DNA from: Camelus ferus | Lineage: Eukaryota | NCBI RefSeq assembly: GCF_009834535.1 | Contig: NC_045696.1 | Coordinates: 117,864,001-117,928,000, forward strand | Reading direction: 5' to 3' | DNA length: 64,000 bases | Part shown: piece after piece, positions 59,990-64,000 of the stretch | Numbering within the stretch: the stretch's first letter is position 1 | Layout of the letters: each line of letters begins with the position of its first letter | Translations under genes and position numbers: made by a program | The notes under the pieces: generated by a model | Databases searched by the model: none | Told to the model about the DNA's origin: nothing | Seen by the model: only the letters and a program-made list of their open reading frames with translations

Positions 59990-60330
59990 ACTTTTTAAAA
60001 ATCTTTCTGAAAGTAAAAAAGTATCCTGGATTGTTACTAAGGCTCTTTGTCTTCATTATTTTACCAGTTATCGAGAGCTTCGTTATTTAGTTTCTCCCGC
60101 TGTCTAGTACAGCTGCTCATAACACAATACCTGAAATTTAAATACCCAGTTCTTTTATAAATAAGAAAACATCAATAAGCACTTGACTTTGAAATTATCC
60201 TGCTATCTATTTTATAACATTATTTTGAGTTACAGGAAAAAGAAAAAGAAAAGCAGTTCCCAACTTGTTTTATTTTTCCTCCTGGAAGAACAATATAGCA
60301 GGTCTCATTTCTTGATAGTAATTTCCTTTG
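59990..60330 (-). mobile_element. Possible CR1 ORF2 relic (pre-RT)
   Basis: Minus-strand AILFFQEEK..GNC then KIDSRII, cf. ANV.PIFKKG.K..GNY..KIMEQII. Confidence 0.4.
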
Positions 60331-60569
60331 TTATTGTGAGTCCCTTTGCAGAAAATATATCTGAACTAGCTTTAGACACGGCTTCCTGCCACTGTTACGT
60401 GGCCAGGGGTAGCAACCAAGTCAACAGGGGAATGAAGTCAAAGCAAATTCACTCTTGAGTCTCATACAAACACCAGACCTGTATATCCAACAGCTTCTAG
60501 ACTATTTCCACTGCCCAGTCTCACTGCCACCTGAACTCAGTGGCCCGATGCCTGGCACGTGGCAATAAC

Positions 60570-60800
60570 AAGAGCTGTCATGACTGAGTCCTTAGTAATG
60601 CTGAGCCCTGGGCTAGGAGCTTACCATCCACATCTCAGTCCTGACAGGTGGGTTTTACTATTATCCTCATTGTACAGATGAGGAGATGAGGACTCAGAGA
60701 GTAACTTGCCCGAAGTCCTTTCACAGGTAAATTGATGTTGAGACTGGAACTCAAACCCAAGCCATCCAATGTCAGAGTCTTAGCAACTGGTCTGCGTGGC
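60570..60800 (-). mobile_element. MIR SINE
   Basis: ATTATCCTCATTGTACAGATGAGGAGATGAGGACTCAGAGAG.AACTTGCCC..GAACTCAAACCCA. Confidence 0.8.
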
Positions 60801-60959
60801 TTCCCCGAGCGCCCCTAATGAGGATCACAACTGAAAGAGTGGGTGGATGCAGGGATGCTGTCATCACTTCTGCCCAAACCAGGTGGTCCTGACTCCCTTG
60901 CTTCTGCTGGTCCACACTGCAGACCTACGATGACCTGCAGCTCCATCCTGCCCTTCACG

Positions 60960-61860
60960 CTTTGACACAGCTTGTGCCTCAGAATATATTCTAGAAGCAG
61001 TAAGGTCTCTGCTCTCCAGAGTCGTCCTTCTAGAGGAGGTGGACAATAAACAAGTAAACATAGAAATCAACAAAGGACCTGCAGATCATGGGGAATGTCT
61101 GAGGGCAACAGAATAGGACAAGTGGACAAAAAGTGAGCGGGGAGAGAGCTGTTTTTACTGGTCCTGCTGATGCCCTTCCCTCCAGCTTGTCCTAGTGCCA
61201 GATCCCAGTAGAGGGTCAGCTCTTGCAACGTTTATTATCACCAGAGCTTCATAACTAGTCTCTCTGTTTCCAGGTTCTTTTTTCTTCAGTCTATTATGCT
61301 GACCCACTTTGGAATAATATTCCTGAACTGTTACTTTCTTTTCTTGTCTTTTGCTGTATGTTGTGCTCTGATATCTCATCTTACACCCAAGGCTCTCCAT
61401 CCTCTGGACCCTTCCCACGTATCTGAAAGTTTCCTCCTTCATCCACAAGCGTATCTGAAGCATCTATCAGGTGTTAGCCACAGCACATTCCCCAACACAA
61501 GCTCTCTGATTCTTCTGGTCATGTTTCTTGGGTCTTCTACATGTTCTGTGCTTATTTTCTCATGCCTGATGTTAGAACAGTCTTTTCTGCTCTGTCCACT
61601 TCTCAGAACTTCCTTGTCATTTAGAGGCCAGCTCAGGTACCAGTTTTGCAATGAACTTTTCTCTGGTTATGCCATTTCACACTAATATCCTTTTTAAAAA
61701 ATCTTATTAGTTTCCAGAGTCTTCTATTCCACAGCTTTCTATTCTAGCACATTGCTCTGCAATTCTCCCTCATCATGAATATGTGTGTTATACATGCCTG
61801 TGTGGGACTGAAGTCTGCACATTTATTCAGGACAACAACCAATCCTTCTGTTCCTCTCTT
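60960..61860. mobile_element. L2 fragments in both orientations
   Basis: GGTCTCTGCTCTC..TTCTAGAGGAGG..ACAATAAACAAGTAAAC (minus); pyrimidine-rich L2 body (plus). Confidence 0.55.
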
Positions 61861-61884
61861 ATTCCCTAGTCAATATCACAATGG

Positions 61885-62800
61885 CAGCAAAAGGGTATTG
61901 AACACTTACCACATGCAAAGCACTGTGCTAAGTGTTTACACACTTTAATCTATTACTCCTCCCCATAGCTTTATGAAGCCATCACCCTTATTACTCATGT
62001 TGGGCAGAGGAGGAAACTAAAGCTTGGAGAGGTGAAAAGACTTGCATAAGTTCATGCTGTTAGCAAGTGACAGCTTCGGAATTTATTTTTTTAATGAAGC
62101 TTAGTTGATTTACAATATTGTGTTAGTTTCAGGTATACTGCAAAGTGATTCAGTTATACATATATTTTTTCAGATTCTTTTCCATTATAGGTTATTATAA
62201 GATATTGAATATAGTCCCCTGTGCTATACAACAGGACTTTGTTGTTTATCTATCTCATGTACAGTAGTTTGCATCTGTAATCCTATACTCCTAATTTATT
62301 CCTCCCCATTCCCCTTTCCCTTTGGTAACCATAAGTTTGTTTTCTATGTCTGTGAGTCTGTTTCTGTTTTATAAATGAGGTCATTTGTAAATTTTTTAGA
62401 TTCCATATCTAAGTGATATTATATAATTGTTTTTCTCTGTCTGACCTACTTCCCTTAATATGATAATATCTAGTTCCATCCATGTTATTGCAAATGGCAT
62501 TGTATCATTCTTTTTCATGGCTGAGTAATGCTCTACTGTGTATATGTGTGTGTATATATGTGTGTGTGTGTATATATACACATACATACATACATACATA
62601 TATATGTGTGTGTGTGTGTGTGTGTGTATATATACCACAGCTTCTTAAGCCAGTTATCTGTTGATGGGCACTTGGGTTGTTCCCACATCTTGGCTATTGT
62701 AACTAGTGCTGCTATGAACATTGGAGTGCATGTCATCTCTGGAATTTAAAATTAGAGGGTGTAGTTCCAAAGTCTGCAACCCAGCCTCTAAGCCACGCTG
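61885..62800 (-). mobile_element. MIR split by an L1 insertion
   Basis: TATTGAACACTTACC..GCACTGTGCTAAGTG..CAGAGGAGGAAACT; MIR resumes after 62748. Confidence 0.75.
62086..62740 (-). mobile_element. Cetartiodactyl L1 3' end with (TG/TA)n tract
   Basis: AGTTGATTTACAATATTGTGTTAGTTTCAGGT..; TSD GGAATTTA (62078-62085 / 62741-62748). Confidence 0.95.
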
Positions 62801-62959
62801 CCTGAGCATAATCCTCCTCATTGCTTTGCAATTCCTGTCCCTGGCTCCTTCCTAAAAAAGATCAGGACTCTGCAGGGAAAATACCATGTAGGGGTGGTAT
62901 GGTGGGGAGGAAAGATGACATGTAACCATGGAGCAGGATTCTGTCTTCTGGGGTCACTT

Positions 62960-63330
62960 CTGTGAGGACCCTGTGGGAAAAAGCCACAACCACTGCCTCT
63001 GGCCAGGAGGCAAAACTTCAGCTGAGGAGTTGGTGGGTAAGAAGGGAAAATGCCTTAAAGTCATTGATGAGAGAGGACAGCATCAAGAGCTGCTTCAAGG
63101 TGAAGGCAAACATATCAAGAAACTCAAAGAATCATGCTATCAACATCGGGGGTTCCAATAAACTTGGTAGAGTTTCTCCTTGAAGTTCAGTGGATTTCTG
63201 ATAATCCAGCTGTAAAAGAACTGGGAGTGGAGGAAGGGGTTAGATTGACATTTATCAGGAACAGACAGCAAGACATTCAACAATTTAGACAGCCTTTTGA
63301 TTTTGTGCCATTAAAAAAATAGTTTCTTGA
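62960..63330 (+). mobile_element. CR1/L3 RT relic
   Basis: ORF track shows NSKNHAINIGGS (cf. NSQHGFTKGKS), INLVEFLLEV (cf. TNLLEFFEEV) and FRQPFDFVPLKK (cf. FRKAFDKVPHKR). Confidence 0.7.
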
Positions 63331-63656
63331 TAATGTGAAGTTCAATGCTTAATTGAAGCAGGTCCCTGTTTTCGGAGAGTTCCCCCTCCAACACATCTGG
63401 TACTTTGAATCTTGGTGCTTATGATTCATTTTCAGTGGTTTGCCTCTTGCTGAGTTCCTGTCCCCAGCTCTGGCCTCCTCCGTGTTGCCCTCCCCTTTTT
63501 ATAAAGTTTAGGTGGATGCTGTGGGAGGAGCCTGTCTGTTCTAGAACTGGGCATTCTCAGCTTGTCTGCAGTGGGACTGGGGGATGAGTGTACACCCAGG
63601 GACTTCCTGTTGGGCCCTGAAGCTTCAGTCAGTGACTGCTTCACAGCTGGACCTTC

Positions 63657-63980
63657 TGTGGGCGCCTTAGTCCATTCAGGCTGCTGTAAAACAACACCAT
63701 GGACTCGGTGGCTTATAAACATCTACTTCTCACAGCCCTGGAGACCAAGGTGGGGGGAAAGCCTGCTTCCTGGCTGCAGACTTTCTGTGTCCTCACACGA
63801 CAGAAGGGGAGAGGGATCTTTCTGAAGCCTCTTTTATAAAGGGCACTAATCCCACTCAAGAGGGCCCCACCCTCGTGGCCTAATCACCTCCCTAAAACCC
63901 ACCTCCAAATCCCACCACCTTGGAGGTTAGGATTTCCGCATGTGAGCTTGTGGGGACACAAACATTCAACCACCACACAG
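63657..63980 (-). mobile_element. MLT1A0 MaLR LTR
   Basis: TTAGTCCATTCAGGCTGCTGTAA...TTTTATAAAGGGCACTAATCCCA...GGGGACACAAACATTCAAC. Confidence 0.88.
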
Positions 63981-64000
63981 GGAGATGGAAGTTTTCAGAG

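Noticed and set aside
62928..63322. Processed pseudogene of a cellular protein
   Set aside because: The translations are better explained as CR1 ORF2 motifs spread over different frames.
1..64000. Naming the host or neighbouring gene
   Set aside because: No exon or sequence that I can recognise with confidence; needs BLAST/liftover.

Overview
Non-coding mammalian genomic DNA, most likely camelid (alpaca/llama/camel). The species call rests on seven tRNA-derived Vic-1-type SINEs (GGGGAGGGTATAGCTCAGTGGTAGAG...GGTCCTGGGTTCAATCCCC), cetartiodactyl-type L1 3' ends, and no Bov-A/BovB, PRE1 or Alu copies seen. I cannot support any protein-coding exon, RNA gene or CRISPR array. The short ORFs in the track are chance ORFs or translate decayed retroelements, so the window looks intronic or gene-desert. 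It carries the usual eutherian repeats: MIR, L2, MLT1, LTR16, MER2/5/33/58/91/102, L1, and solo ERV LTRs, several with target-site duplications (TSDs). The most unusual feature is that much of the apparently unique DNA translates, across frameshifts, into collinear CR1/L3 ORF2 motifs. I see about a dozen ancient CR1 relics, one about 2 kb long. Between the repeats lie repeat-poor blocks rich in homeodomain motifs, including a PBX-HOX plus MEIS composite site, and an orphan CpG island. These suggest the regulatory landscape of a developmental gene outside the window. A short TSD-flanked poly(A)-tailed retrocopy of an unidentified mRNA 3' end is also present. All repeat family names are assigned by eye, and boundaries are approximate unless TSDs are given.
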